The position numbers were made by a program, and so were the translations under genes. A DNA stretch of 63,662 nucleotides, counting the filler, from Octopus bimaculoides (taxonomy: Eukaryota): assembly GCF_001194135.2 (NCBI RefSeq). It is 6 parts of 5 records of this genome, joined end to end, with 100 filler letters (N's around TTAATTAATTAA, not from the genome) between each part and the next. Parts side by side here need not be neighbours in the genome. Positions count along the whole stretch, not along the records: positions 60,422 to 63,662 come from NC_068981.1; 5 more parts are not named here. One strand, 5' to 3'. Numbering within the stretch: the stretch's first letter is position 1; each line of letters opens with the position of its first letter. Below the pieces are notes generated by a model. The model did no database searches and was not told the origin of the DNA. It was given only the letters and a program-made list of their open reading frames with translations. This document shows, piece by piece, positions 61,981 to 63,662 of this stretch.

Positions 61981-62998
61981 NNNNNNNNNNNNNNNNNNNN
62001 NNNNNNNNNNNNNNNNNNNNNNNNNNNNNNNNNNNNNNNNNNNNNNNNNNNNNNNNNNNNNNNNNNNNNNNNNNNNNNNNNNNNNNNNNNNNNNNNNNNN
62101 NNNNNNNNNNNNNNNNNNNNNNNNNNNNNNNNNNNNNNNNNNNNNNNNNNNNNNNNNNNNNNNNNNNNNNNNNNNNNNNNNNNNNNNNNNNNNNNNNNNN
62201 NNNNNNNNNNNNNNNNNNNNNNNNNNNNNNNNNNNNNNNNNNNNNNNNNNNNNNNNNNNNNNNNNNNNNNNNNNNNNNNNNNNNNNNNNNNNNNNNNNNN
62301 NNNNNNNNNNNNNNNNNNNNNNNNNNNNNNNNNNNNNNNNNNNNNNNNNNNNNNNNNNNNNNNNNNNNNNNNNNNNNNNNNNNNNNNNNNNNNNNNNNNN
62401 NNNNNNNNNNNNNNNNNNNNNNNNNNNNNNNNNNNNNNNNNNNNNNNNNNNNNNNNNNNNNNNNNNNNNNNNNNNNNNNNNNNNATATATATATATATAT
62501 ATATATACGTGCGCATATACGCACATATAAATACGTACACGACCATAGACGCCCAAATACATGTAGTGGATTTGTAATTAGGTTTCCAGTGACAGCTAAT
62601 CAAGGAACATTTAAGGAATAGACACATTCAATAGTTCCAGGTGCGCAAGACGCTGTGTAATTCAAACAACCGTCGTCTCCAGTCTAATTCTCACTGACAT
62701 CCCAGTGTTTCTCGTTGCATGTGATGCTTATCTGTTCAAACGTGTTGAGAATTTATTGACGTTATGCTAGGAAAAGCTGCGCAGGAAATTATGTTTCGTA
62801 CAAATATATATCCTCTAAGGTTTATTCGCATTTTTTTTCTCACATTTGTTTAAGAGAAAAGGCTTGTGAATGTGTATGCGTTTGTATCTTTCTGTGTGCT
62901 TTCGATTTTGTGGCTATGCGTTTATGTCCGTGTGTTTGTGCTTGTGCGTGTTTATGTGCGTCTGTGCTTGTTCTTGGGCGTTTTTGTGTTTGTTTGTG

Positions 62999-63047
<49 letters not shown>

Positions 63048-63662
63048 CCTTAAAGTAAAGTGCCAGAATATATTAGAAATATTCCGATGACATAAAGCCT
63101 GAATACACCTGATATGCACTGGAAGAATTCAATGGGAACAATAAATAATGATTCCTCTACATGTGTAGTTTGATTCATATATTTGAGAAGTAACGTCACT
63201 TAACCAGAAAAAAATGTTCTTATTATCATCAGTAATGTTATTAAGTGTAAGTTCTTCATCGCCATTGTGGAAAAAATTTGCTTTGGTTCACCCCTCAAAT
63301 AAATATAGAGTCAAAAGCGATACGAGAGGAATTAAACATGCGAGAAATTGATGTACTTTTCAGAGTCGGTGTATCATACTTTCCGTCGATCTTTTTTAAG
63401 TTCCATCCCACTGAATCACTAGGTGTAAACTTTTCTATTATACATACACACACAAACACACACATACACACACACACACTCCTCATACAGACGCGCGCAT
63501 ACACACTCATACTGCGTGAGCATTTTGTGACAGATTTATTAAAAGACACTCAAGGTATTGTAGTGAAAATGGAGGCAAATCATTTCAAATCCTTCAACAT
63601 TGAAGACAATTACTATGCGTTTCTCACTGAAATACTGAAATAATCTATCAGAATTATATATA

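Overview
AT-rich, microsatellite-laden animal DNA. The SINE families and repeat landscape look like an octopus (coleoid cephalopod) genome; this is an inference from recalled repeat sequences, not a database match. The window is six separate pieces joined by five identical 100-nt linkers (44 N + TTAATTAATTAA + 44 N), so adjacency across them is not biological. No complete host gene is visible, only a few weak exon candidates. Recognisable content is decayed mobile DNA: Tc1, mariner and maT (DD37D) transposons, a hAT-type MITE, an R4/Dong-like non-LTR fragment behind a (TAA)n tract, two Helitron remnants, Penelope-like elements (PLEs), at least four SINE families, and a Ty3/gypsy element with both LTRs, PBS, PPT and a 5-bp TSD but an internal ~1.7-kb inversion. 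The main signal absent from the ORF track is five type-I hammerhead-ribozyme-like motifs (30216-, 41265+, 44623-, 56581+, 57549+), each with a different loopless palindromic stem III. One sits inside a 373-bp element with ~95-bp terminal inverted repeats, one abuts a 186-bp foldback, and one carries an 85-nt stem II insertion. Other notable points are a near-perfect 240-bp PLE hairpin and a strong SINE strand bias in 25610-52832.
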